DNA of 64,000 bases from Zancudomyces culisetae HAW-14-8 (Eukaryota > Fungi > Kickxellomycota): positions 434,001 through 498,000 of the forward strand of contig JBNJNM010000011.1 in the NCBI GenBank assembly GCA_052426225.1, given 5' to 3'. Below the pieces are notes generated by a model. The model did no database searches. It saw only the letters and a program-made list of their open reading frames with translations, and was not told the DNA's origin. Positions within the stretch are counted from its first letter, which is position 1; each line of letters starts with the position of its first letter. Shown piece by piece: positions 10,002 through 22,300 of the stretch. A program made the position numbers and the translations under genes.

Positions 10002-10410
10002 TTAATTATATATTATAAAAAATACGAATTGACAAAGTCAATTCTGATAAATTACTATATTAAAATTAGTGGAAAAATTGGACTCTTTTTTCCCTAACAA
10101 TTTGGGTTTTTTTAATGAGCCAAGAAATTACAAAACAAAAATTGATAACACAAAAAAATTGAGATAACAAAATAGATGGAAAAAAAATAGTTTATATATA
10201 AATTTTATTTATAGTTTGGAAGAATAACTTTTAGGATAACAACTTTTTAGCAATAAAAAATAAAGAATAATAACCAAAATAATAAGCAAGTCTTAATAGT
10301 TAGTTAGAGTTTCGAACAAAACAAGTAGATAATTAACTTTTCTATTAAATTTTAAACCAACTAAATACGAATAACTACGACTACTAGCAGAAAAGGGTCG
10401 AAAGTTAACA
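9992..10410 (+). repeat. 3' LTR of E2
   Basis: Same length (419 bp) and apparently same sequence as 5094-5512. Confidence 0.96.
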
Positions 10411-10418
10411 AACACCAG

Positions 10419-10492
10419 GCTCTGTTAGCTCAGCTGGTTAGAGCGTGGTGCTAATAACGCCAAGGTCACAGGTTCGATCCCTGTACAGAGCA
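10419..10492 (+). tRNA. tRNA-Ile (anticodon AAT), intronless
   Basis: Cloverleaf: acceptor GCTCTGT/ACAGAGC, D arm GCTC/GAGC, anticodon arm TGGTG-CTAATAA-CGCCA (AAT at 10453-10455), T arm ACAGG-TTCGATC-CCTGT, discriminator A. Intact A and B boxes. Confidence 0.97.
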
Positions 10493-10497
10493 TCTAA

Positions 10498-10509
10498 TTT
10501 TAACCTTTT
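10498..10509 (+). terminator. Probable RNA polymerase III terminator
   Basis: Two T4 runs (10498-10501, 10506-10509) just after the tRNA. Confidence 0.6.
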
Positions 10510-10534
10510 ATCTAGACTTATCATATATTGTAAT

Positions 10535-11450
10535 ATATTGTAGATGTTATAAGTTATCTGATATATTTTTCAGCTAATGTGATGGCTGAGTTTGGTATAG
10601 CACTGATTGTGTCAGTTATACTCAGGTCTCGGATCACTTAACTAGTTCTGTTTGCCGTAATATGAATGTTTTTTAATAACTTTTATTATTGTTGTAATAA
10701 TAATAAAACCCTAAGTAAACTATCTCAATGTAGTGTTAATTTCAATTACTAAGTATGTAAAAAACGTATATGTAAAGTATATTCTGTTAAGAAAGGCTAA
10801 AGATGTTTATTTTCCTTGTCCGCTTCGCTTTTATTCCCTGATCGTTCAGATATTCAACTTTACTGTTATAAATATTTAGATATAAATTAACTACAAGTTA
10901 ATTGGTAGTTATATTATGCTAAGGAATCGCAATTGATTCGCTAGCAAAAAGTATGTAGCCGTTATACTACAATATATAAATTGTTGATTTATGATTGATT
11001 TTATGGTAGATGTTTTTAGATATTGTAGTATAATGGCTGCAAATTTTTGCTAGCGAATCAATTGCCATTCCGTATCAGAATATAACTACCAATGATAGCT
11101 AGCAGAATATATAGTAATAATGATCAAGATAGTAAGTGAATAACAAACCGAATTAACGAGAGCGGACAACGAAAATAGCATTTTTAGCCTTTCTAACAAG
11201 AATATACTTTGCATATACGTTTATATATACTTACTAATAGCAAATAGCACTTGATATTGATATAGTTTACTTAGTGTTTATTTATTATTATTATTACAAT
11301 AATAAAAGCTATTAAAAACATTCGAATTACGGCTTTCAGAACCAGTGAAGTGATCCGCGACCTGAGTATAACTGATATATCAGTGCTATACAAAACTCAG
11401 CCATCACATTAGCTAAAAAATATATCAGATTAATTATAACCTTTATTAAT
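10535..11450. repeat. Long imperfect inverted repeat (arms ~440 bp, loop ~10981-11014)
   Basis: 10556-10593 matches the reverse complement of 11393-11430 at 37/38; 10929-10950 matches the reverse complement of 11044-11065 at 22/22; similarity continues along most of both arms. Confidence 0.9.
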
Positions 11451-11454
11451 ATAT

Positions 11455-12160
11455 ACTACATACTTTTTTTAAGCGAATCAATTACATACATTGCTTATTT
11501 ACCACCATATTATAATAACAACTTATAATTAATATGCAAATATCAACAAATAAATTAAGGTATATCGATAAGTGACTGCTTAGGCTTTTTAACCAAGTTT
11601 ACTTTATTTACTCATATTTTACATCTCATAGTGTTATTAATAGCACTATGTAATAATTATTTCTACTATTTCTACTATTATAATAAAAACAATCAATTAG
11701 TTATATCATTCAATACAGCTATCAAAATTAGATAGTGATACGCCTCTTGCGTAAACGGACATAATCAGTGCTATCGAAACCGAGCCATTACATTGTTGAC
11801 AAATTTTCAGATAATAATAAAGATACTATGTTTTACACTATGAAGTGTATCGAAAGATATTTTTAGATATCAAATTTTATTATATTTTTTGTATTTCTAA
11901 TGATAATGAGAGCAATTTTGAATACTTTTATATTATTCTATAAAAATCTCGGATATCTGAACGTATAATAGATGAAATATAGAGCTTTCTACTAATTAAA
12001 ATTATATTTTTCATATCGGATTTTACTTTCAATTTCGTATATGCTAAATTGAAAGTATTTTGTAGTTTTAATAATCTTAAATAGTTATAGGATTCCGCTG
12101 CGTACAAAGTAATCATGTGAGCTGTGACCTGAGTATACGTACATACCTGCGCATCTTAGC
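11455..12160 (+). repeat. Further degenerate direct copies of the ~400-bp arm unit
   Basis: AGCGAATCAATT recurs at ~11472, ATCAGTGCTAT...AGCCATTACATT at ~11764-11795, AGATATTTTTAGATAT at ~11855 and GACCTGAGTATA at ~12127, with spacing about 385-425 bp. Confidence 0.6.
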
Positions 12161-15100
12161 TTAAATTTATCTTAATAGATGTAATATCTGTACAGAATAT
12201 TTCCATATTTATACATACTATGTTTAGTATTTCTGTCATCTAATGATACAATTTTAGCTGAATAGGGTAACAAGTACTTCTTTTAAAATATGATTTATTA
12301 TTTGACACTTTTTTTTCATAATTTTTTAATAGAAGGATAAATACAACCTTTATAGCATAATTTTTAGTTTATAATTTAATAATAAATTTTAAATAATTCA
12401 TTAATAAAATTTCATAAGTGTAATGGGTTTTCAGTTGTAAAAATCTCTACGATGTTTTGACTAAAATGTATTGCAATAACTAACTACGTTTTAAGTTTAT
12501 AGCGCGAGGCATTGATTAACAGTTTTGTTGACTATTGAATAGTTTAACTTCTGCTATATGTCTAAACTGACTTAAAACAATAACATTTACAGCTAATTTA
12601 TTTTTTTCTTAATGGAAAATAATGAAGTTCAGGACTTACTAGTTAATTCTTGAAATTAGATAAAACAGTTTTTTGTTTATGTACTTAGTTTTATCAATGA
12701 TGTTCATGCTATGTATAACCTTCAGACTATAGGGTTATTTTATCATTAATTAAATGCTACTGTAAAACCTACGTACTTTACAATATACGATAATTGACAT
12801 TTACTCAGATACATTTACCAATTAATTTCAAAAATACATTTTATGCATAATTCATGCTTGTGTGTTGTACTTTATTACTTTTACCATATTTCTGCTATTT
12901 ATTTTATTTTATTAATTATTGTCAGAAATAATACCCTTAGTTTTCTTTATGGTTCAGCTTATTTACTCATCAAATATCAATCTTCATTTTATATTTAATG
13001 CAATTTGGCAGAACTCCATTTGCACTATTTAATTATTTTTTATTTCGTGTCTAGAATATTTACTTATTTAATCCTTATTATACATAATGCGAATTACAAT
13101 TATCCATAGATAGCCCTTAGTATATAAATATAAATCTACTAGTGACTTAGTATAAAGTCTAAATGAATATAAATATAGAAAATATTAATAAACCAAAATG
13201 GACATGGAATATAATAAATAGTAGTTTCAAGTTCGCTAAAATCATTGTATTTATTTCACTAAACGCTATTGGATAATGATAAATTTTATTGAATTGCAAC
13301 CATGTACACTTCTACAAATACAGATACGATACTCTTTTTTTGAATTATTTAAATTGATAATTTTTTATAATTTAATTTGCAATCCAAGGCAAAAATGAAA
13401 AGAAGGAAAAATCTTATATTAGAACACTCAATATATGATTTTTTAGATTTAATTTCTTCAATACAATCATCATTTGCATTAACTACTTATAGATCATTAT
13501 AATACTGGGTACTATATGTTTTACATTCTTAATAAACCTTGATTTTGAATTTGTTAGTCTTTTGTGATTTTAGAATAATTTTCTGAACATTATATGAACA
13601 AAAAAAACTCTTCTCTAGTAGAATTAAATGTACTTTCAGTAATAAAACAACTTTAAATGTGATATTAGGTATAATTATAAAAAAATTTAATATAATTGTA
13701 GCTTAAATGATTGTAGATTTCTTTTTGTATATGTTATTTATCTTCAATTTACTCGAGTTAAACAACTTAAAATGTTAAAATAATTGAAGTTCACATCTAG
13801 TATATTTATGGTATTTAATTTATTTTTTCTCTTTATACTTGAACTAAAAATATCTGTAGTTTTTTAGACAGGTATTACTACTATAAATGTAAAAGTATGA
13901 ATATTTTTATATTATAAACCATTATATACTAAAACTTACAAAAAAGTCGATACTCTCTATAATTCTTAATCATAGGTTTATTTAAAGCACTAAATACAAA
14001 GTTGAACATATTTAGTGTTATGTAAATTATATTTTACTGTCTTTACATTTCTTATATCGCGCATTATTGAACGATGTAGATTATTATTGTGTTATTTTTT
14101 GATTTTAAATATAATTGCTTAGTTCTGGAAATCGCTTGAAGCTATTTGGTCTCGATATTATGTATATAATACCATTCGAGTTTGAAGTCTAATAGTTTAG
14201 TGTCTTTCTTTCCCTCATAGCCTCGCTAATTGAATTTACCTGAACTTTCTTTTTTTTTTGCATTGCAAGATTAATTTATTAACCAAGATCATAGTATGGA
14301 TCTATATTGACTATTTTTGTTTAGAAATATAAAAGTGAGAAAAACCAAGCCCCTATAATTCAATTTCAAGTAATCTATAAACTTGTCTATTTTCAGGTAA
14401 GATTTTTTATGTACCTTTGGAAGCCAGTTGAAGGGGTAATGACGAAGCGATCAAAACGATAATTATTTTGATATACTGTCTATTCAAGTATCGGTGACTT
14501 CTATTCTAATAATTTGAATTCGTGGTTGTTCACAACACTCACCTTGAAGCAAGAAATCTATTCATGTAATTTTTAGATTTTCTTAGCGTAATCAGTAGAT
14601 GAAAATATGATTATAAATATAGTTCAACCCAATAAGGCCACCATTTGTATCGAAGTGTAAACATTACTGACGGATTAGATATTTCACTTTTAGATATTTT
14701 CTACTCTTATTCATTTTCTAGACGATCTCTAACTCTATATTAAAATACATCTATAGATACTATTCGTTTGTTTGAAAACATGCTTATGAAATAACAGAAT
14801 TTATCAAGCAAACTCAGCTAGTATCTGAAGCAGCTTAGAACTGAATTATGTATAAAGCCCTAAGTACTGTAGCTAATTGTAGTAAAGGTATCCAAATAAA
14901 CTATTCGAGTAAACTTGCTAAAGGAAGTGTATTTAAACTACAGAGGTTGTGTTATCGAATACAAATTATTTCTATTGTCTTGACCAACCATTCACATCCA
15001 GAAACATGAAACATGGAGTAGGAACATAGTTTGTTCTATACCTATTTAATTATATATAGGTGCCTAACGATGCACAAAAAGGATAGTTTATTAAGTTAGT

Positions 15101-15733
15101 AGTTTGTTAAAGTTAAGTTAGATAATCATATAGCCATACGGTTAATTTGATAGAGATAAATAATAAGTTGCTGATATCACAGCACTATTTTCCTTGGTGA
15201 GGTTTTAGCATAATTTTTTACTTATACTGGTAGATAATAGGTGGCACGTTTATTAGTGAGTATTTATTTGTGTACCTTGATGAGAAAATTGTTCTCCAGT
15301 TGCAACCTTGGAAATTCCTCAGCCTAATGCTTATGTACAGGTATTTGCTTCCACATTTATATATTACATAAAAAGTATTAGTGTTTAAAATCAATTTTTG
15401 TTTTGCGATAATACTGATGCATGCATGAATAGTAAACAAACATAATATCCGAATTTCAAACTGTACAACATTTCAGCTTTATGATCCATCTATTAAAATA
15501 TTAGTTGATTATTTTTAGACATTAAAGGCCACTAAAAACATTGGAAATACGAAATATATTTTTATGGTGATTATGCCCAAATGCAACAGTAGTCATATCT
15601 AGTGCTTTTATTCTTAAATATAACGATGGATGCACGAAATGGAATGATGGTTTAAAGTGTTCAGCATTTTTTAATTAAGCCATATTAGTAAACTGGCACA
15701 AATAAATCGAAAATGCTTGAAAAATAAAAAATA

Positions 15734-15824
15734 GTCACGTATTACTAGACTGAGCACGTGTAACGAAAAAGAAAAGTTTAGGCCAATAGAAAGACCAACA
15801 ATTTAGGTAGCTAACTTACGTGAC
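15734..15824. promoter_or_regulatory. Candidate promoter motif cluster upstream of the neurofibromin-like gene
   Basis: GTCACGTA (15734-15741) and its inverse TACGTGAC (15817-15824) bracket CACGTG (15755-15760) and CCAAT (15783-15787), followed by T-rich tracts. Confidence 0.4.
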
Positions 15825-16313
15825 AATACTTTTATTTTTTTACCAATTCGTTTATACTTTTTACATATTATTTCTTTGTGTAATCCTTTTTTTTTTAGTA
15901 CTTTTACATAATATATCCATTAGAAAAATACAAGTATTTGTGTAAGTTCACATTATATTTATAAGTCTAAAAAAAAATTTCTATTGTGGAATTAGCAAAT
16001 CTTGCAATTGAAGAGCATTGATTTCGGATTGAAAAAGCCTAATTTCTGATCAAAAAATTTAAAGGCATAAGTGATTGGTGAAGCTGCCTGTGGTGATCCG
16101 AAATGAAATACTTTGGCCTAATAGCTGAGTACCCAGATAGTTTAAAAAACTCCTAATAATAGTGTAGTAGAAATAAACAAGATACGAAAACAAAAATAAA
16201 CAAAAGGAGGGAAGCTAGACATATGCGCCGTATAATATTTCACTCAGTCTTTTACCCACAAGCCGGAATATATAAAATTTTACATGCAAGAATAGCAGAA
16301 AAGTAAATCGAAA

Positions 16314-19300
16314 ATGGATGGCTACAGGCATTTGGAGATTATCGCCAGTCGACTTGTAAAAAAGGTAGGTGTTGATTAGAATCGGAGGTAAATACACTAA
16401 AAAGTAAAAAGATCATAGATATAGTACTATAGTTAACCAATTCGAGTAAATCTTAAAAATAGTTGGCCAGCCACAAAGAGTGTAACATATACAAGATAAG
16501 GGGGAATAGCACAATATTTCAATGCATACTTTTGCTTTTAGAGGCATATTTACTAGAAAAGGATAACGTTACTGAGGTCCTGTTGGGTTTACTGGAAAGT
16601 TTTGAATTAGTAAGTATAATCTTTGTCGATTTGCGCTTAATATTTTCTATTTAATAAAAAAGGATTGTGAACACTTATTAACCAACGAAAAAAATGTTTA
16701 GAACCAAAAGATTATAGTAGGGAAAGTGGAAGTTGGTAATAAGAAAATAGTTAGCTTAGTAATATGGAGAATTATTGCTACAGGGTTAAATTTAGAATGG
16801 CTAACAAAGCAGCTAGAAACGGAAAGCGTCGGAATGTTGGATTATAGCACATTTGCCCTTAAAGTGGTGAGATTAAGAAGAGAGACAGCAACCTTACTTG
16901 TAAATAGTATATATTCTACTATTGAGGAAGCTTTAGATTTGAATAAAATTCCTCTATGGCACCAAAACAAGTGGATGTACGTGAAAAGCTTAGAAGATTG
17001 GGGGTTCGAAGATCTGGGTAGAGTCTATATTGGAGGAAAATTTAAGGAGCAAATAAAAAAGTCTGGTTCAATTGGGGTTTTGGCACGAGGAGTGTTAGAC
17101 TCCATTGAGCAAGGCGATTCTGGAGCGCAGGTAGAAGTGGCTATGGGGCATATTCATATGTACCTGACGGCAAGCAATTGGGAGAATGTTTGGGAGAAAA
17201 TGAGCTTAAAGATGGTTACTGGTACATGTAACAAAAGGGGGTTAAGGAAATTGATTGGAAACGGGTACTATGACATGAATAAAGTGGAGGATATTATGAA
17301 ATTTATAATGGAGCAGCATGGCATAAAAATTGAGGAAAAGAACAAAAGCAAAGATGTGGAAAATTTGCAGCTCAAAACATTTGGTGATATATTGAAAAGT
17401 ATGGTTCAATACAACACAAAGGATGTCGAGAGGGTAGTTAGTTATGACAAAGATAACATAGTTTCGAAAAAGTTTGTAATTTATTTGTTGAAGATGTGGA
17501 CAAGAGAGAAGGAGCAGAGTGAATTAATAGTGCCATTGGTGGCAAGGATGTACGGATTTATTTGTAACACAATCAGCAAGCTGCTGAAAAGCAGTATAGA
17601 ATATGACAACAATAGTAATGAAAATAATAAGGCATACCAGAGCAAAGAGGAAAGCGAAGAGAAAGAAGAAGGTATAATAGAGGTGCATTATAGATATATT
17701 ATGGGGGACTTTAAGGAAAACAGCAATGAAAAAAGTGATGTATTTCAGAGTTACTATAGCATAATGGAAGTGCTCTCAGCGATCGTAGGATTAAACAAAG
17801 GGAATAACAACAATTCACTGACTGATTTGGGTCGAAGGATAGAGTTAAACTTAGGGAAGGGTGTAGCACTGAGAATGCAGGGTAGGATCGAAACAAAAAA
17901 GTGGGAGATAGCACGAGGAATATTTTACATGTTTGTACTGAATGAAGAACAGACAGTGCGAGTTTTTGGAGGGCAAGCTATTAGGGCTAAATTTAGCTAT
18001 GAAATTAGAGTGGAGTACGTGGTAGCCTTGATAAAGTATTTAGTAGGAATTAGATGTTTAACGCAGTTTGATGTTCATGGGCTTGTAGAAATACTAAGGA
18101 AACAGGTAGCTACAATCTATACGAATAATGTGGTTAAGAATGAGTTCCCAGCAGATACAATAATAAAAGTTTACGAGATAATGCCTGAACTAGTATTGAA
18201 TAGTAAGACGGTAGACCTGGATAGGGTGTTAATAATAATTTCCCTAATAAAAGTGAATGCTGGTAGTGGAGATGAGGTAGGAGATTTACTAGCGAACGTA
18301 TTTGATTACCTGGGACTCAGGGCAGAACACGAAGTAAATGAAAAGAAAAAGAATCAAATAAATCATAATAAACCAAGTAGTGGAAACATCTTAACAGGCC
18401 AAGTCAACGAAAGGGTGCACGATAAAAATGATATAAAACTTGTCGAAAATGACGAGAGTGGTGCTGGAAAGGATTATAGAGACGAAAATTATGATGATAA
18501 TAACAACGAGGAAAGCGGGGAGGGCGGTGATGATTGGTGGAAGCAGTTTTGCGTAACAACATCACAGACGATGGAGGCGGTATGCTACGAGATTACAAGA
18601 AACTATCGCCACGAAATAGTAAAGAAGCTATCCTTATTGAAGAGGCTGTTACAAAAGAGGCAATACTATGGACAGCGGGTTAGACAGGAGAAAAAAGGCC
18701 GTTGGGAGCGATATAGGTGCCACGTCAGGTTCAGCCAGCTAGTAGAAAGGGTCATATTACAAATGTTGTGGAATCCAGATGAAAAAATTGTGAAGTTGGC
18801 ACTTGAGTGTGCGGATACCCTGATGGAGAATAGCGATGAAAATGTTTCTGAAGGCTTCAAGAGTACTGAAGGGGCTGAAAATGAATCAGGAGAGAAAAGA
18901 AGTAGTGCAAACATGAGAAGTACATTCAAAGTGCTAAGAAATGAAAACATATACAAAGGTATTATGAAAAGTTGTAGCACTATTTCTTATAAACACAACA
19001 AAAATGACTTGATCGGACTAGTAGTTAATGAATTTAAAAAATATTCAAAAATCAACTATATACTGAGTCTGGCGTGGATGGAGACCTACAACCAGTGGAC
19101 TGAGTATAACCAGCTGTTGATCGAGTTCAAGCAAATTAGTATTAAAAAAATGTTGGAAGAGATTCAAGAGCGCGATTCAGAGTGGTTGAGAGATAATAAT
19201 GTTTTCAATTTAGAGACGACGAGGGCAAGTGAGGAAATGGTTACGGGTAGGCAAAAAGAAGTTGTTCGAGAAAAATGCTACAAGCTGTTGGTTCAGGAGT

Positions 19301-22300
19301 GGATAAATTGTACAAGGATACTGGTGAGCTATGGATTTGTGACTGATCCTGAAATTCAGTTGAAAGATCGAGTTTTTGCAGATACCAGCAAGCTTACAAC
19401 AACGCTTAAACAAACAAGCGAGTCGATGCAGGAATTTTTACAAGAATTAATTGTATTAATAATATATAATAATGGCGGCGGTAGTAATGATGGCGGCGGT
19501 AATGGCGATGATGGTGGTTCTGAGAGTGCTGATATTCGTGGTGGTACGACTCTGGGTACAAGCGGAAACACGTGTGTAAGACTAGTGAACGAAAATATTT
19601 GTGGTAGTATGCATGTGGCATTTCAAATACAAATGGTAAAAAAAATAAAGGAGACAATAGGTACGTTCATAAAAAATTATGGCGAGTTTAGTGGGGGGTA
19701 CTTTGAATCAGTTCCAAATAATAGTAAGAGTAGTCAGACTAATGTAAGCAATGTGAACGCTATCGGGGTAATGGGAAACGACAAAATCAACGAAATCATC
19801 AAACAGAGTATTTTTATTTTATTAAAGCTAATTCGAGACGAAGGATTACAAGTAGAAACGATCAAAATAATAATGGAAATTATAAAGCAGGTCAGTATGT
19901 ACTATTTTAGCCGTTACCGGCTTCACCAGGAGTATTACAACGGTGGTTCAAATTCGGTAGAAACCGACAAAAAAATGTCGATCTTGATTACCAAACTGAT
20001 TACTTTATTGTATGAAAAGTATGTTCACTTATTAAAGTATGATATAAAAAACAGTAATGTCCTGTTCTACATAATATTCCACTGGGCTTTACAAGATGGT
20101 GAATCTAGTACGATCATTTACATCAACTGTTTAAGGTTACTATCCACAGAAATGATAGTTATATCGCCGTCAAAGTCTTTTATGAAGTATGGAAATATGG
20201 TAGATGGCAGCGTAGAGCCGTTGAACGTTGACCATCCAGCAGTGGAGCTATACAAAGTATACACCATAAAGTTGGTGGAGATGGCATCAACGGAGGTACC
20301 TCCTTTTGAAAGATCAATACTTGATCTGTATAAGGAAATACTAAGCAATCTTGCGGCTTCCAACTGCTGGATGGGTTTACAACCAATCAAGATTGTTTTT
20401 GAGCAATTAAAAGAAAGCTTTTTGCAAAACGAAAATGGTATTGATCAGCTTTTTGAAAAAGAGAATATAATTGATCAACTTTATTTAGACAGTTTATACT
20501 CACACTTGGATGGGGTAAACAAGGCTAAAACGACAAACAGATATATAAGTGTAAACGAACAACTGATAACAGAATATATTTTGACCAAACCCAAGCGGAC
20601 TCTATTGATGGCGTTACTCAGTACTTGTCCTTCTGATGAACAAACCGAACACTTACTGTCACAAACACTGCTTGATATATACCAACACAATAGTTGTATT
20701 AGCGAGCTAGTATCTACATGTGTAGAGCATGAGATTAGTAGTTCTTTTCATTACACAAAGATTTTCAAAAAATCCACTTTTGCAAACCGATTACTTGTGT
20801 ATGTAATGACAACAACAACGACGACGACGGCACATTTGGTTAATAAAGTAGAAGATGAAAAAATAATGAATCTTAAAGAATGGATCGAAGTGTTAATGAT
20901 GCCTATATGTGACGACTTTGACAAATCGTTTGGTTCTAGGGCCGATTCTAAAATGGACCATGTTGAAGATCAAACCTATATCGATTCGGTAGTGTATAGG
21001 ATTTTGGCTAGTCTTTTTGTTGAGTTCTTTGGCACATCCAAATTACAAAAAGATTCAGAGGCTTGGAAACTATACGAGAAATACAATATGAGTGATTACA
21101 ATGTCTTATTTTTGAATAGCAAACCAAGTGATATGAATGGTAATGCTCAGTCTGAAGCTTTGGATAATTGCAAATATATATGTGTAGCAATTCGAAAGGC
21201 GCTAGAGAGTCATATGCAGAAAAACGGTGACTTTGTTAAAAATGTGTGTTATTCTGCAATTGGTTGGTTGATATTTGTGAAAATAGTGTGTCCTATAATC
21301 ATTAATATGGCAGATAGTTCGTTTATGGAAAGAATCGCCAGAGATATACAGGAGTTGATAAGCAACACAGGGCTCAATAATAAGAGCCAACTTAGAACCA
21401 AGAGCTTGCAATTGATATATACTTTTGTGGATGAGCTGATAGCAGAAACACCAGTAATATCGAATGATATATGCAGCGGTAAAAATAATAAAAACGATCA
21501 AGGTACCTTACCACTATTGCTTGAAGGGAATCTGAAATTCAAGACAATAAATAACTTCCACTACTATTTATTTTATAATTTCGGGTTGATCACCGGTTGG
21601 ATAAGTTCAAATAACGGACTTCCTCACCAAGAAGAGATCGATTTATGCAAAAAATTGCATAACAACTTTAAACAACTATATGTTCCAAACAAGATTATAA
21701 CAACTGATAGCAGCGAAATGATAAAACAAAAGCATGTAACAAGTTATAGTGAAATCGAGACTGAATTTGATAATAGCGGCGAGGCCACCAATGATACCAG
21801 AGGAGTTAGTAACGGCAAATATAATGCTCCAGTGTATACAAGTCATTGTGTTATTCGGAATAAGGGTGGTAAAAGAAGTGGTAAAAACGAAATCTCGGTA
21901 TTGTATATAATAGCTGATAGATTTTCTGATGAAGAGCAAGAATCCAACGGTTCAGTCTATACTGCGATTCAAACTCTTGATGAGTGGAAATCCCAGTTAT
22001 TTAAACAGGCTAACATTAATATACTTTTTGACTTGTTTATTGACACTAGCCAGTATAACCAACCAACAGAGATGTTTAAGATTTTTATGTCAAAACTACT
22101 GACATCACATAAAATCGTCAGTAGGATCAACAGAATTTACTGGAACAACATATCGCTGACAGCGGTTTGTACCGTAAACAATATTATGAACAATGTGTGC
22201 AACGAGGCTATTCAACCACATCAGAAGCAAAGACTTGTTGATATATCCGCATTTCCGAGCTCATTACAGGATATCCCTAGACACGTTCGTGATAATCTTC

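Larger units (their letters stand above)
5094..10410 (+). mobile_element. Complete Ty3/gypsy LTR retrotransposon 'E2' (5317 bp)
   Basis: Two 419-bp direct LTRs with no difference visible by eye, PBS, single gag-pol ORF, PPT, and 4-bp TSD AACA (5090-5093, 10411-10414). Confidence 0.97.

Noticed and set aside
10307-10404. B-box-like strings in the E2 LTR (GAGTTTCGAAC, GGGTCGAAAG)
   Set aside because: They do not fit GGTTCRANYCC well enough to claim an LTR-borne Pol III promoter.
15734-15760. CDEI-like CACGTG next to AT-rich DNA suggesting a point centromere
   Set aside because: No CDEII/CDEIII arrangement; position and CCAAT box fit a promoter.
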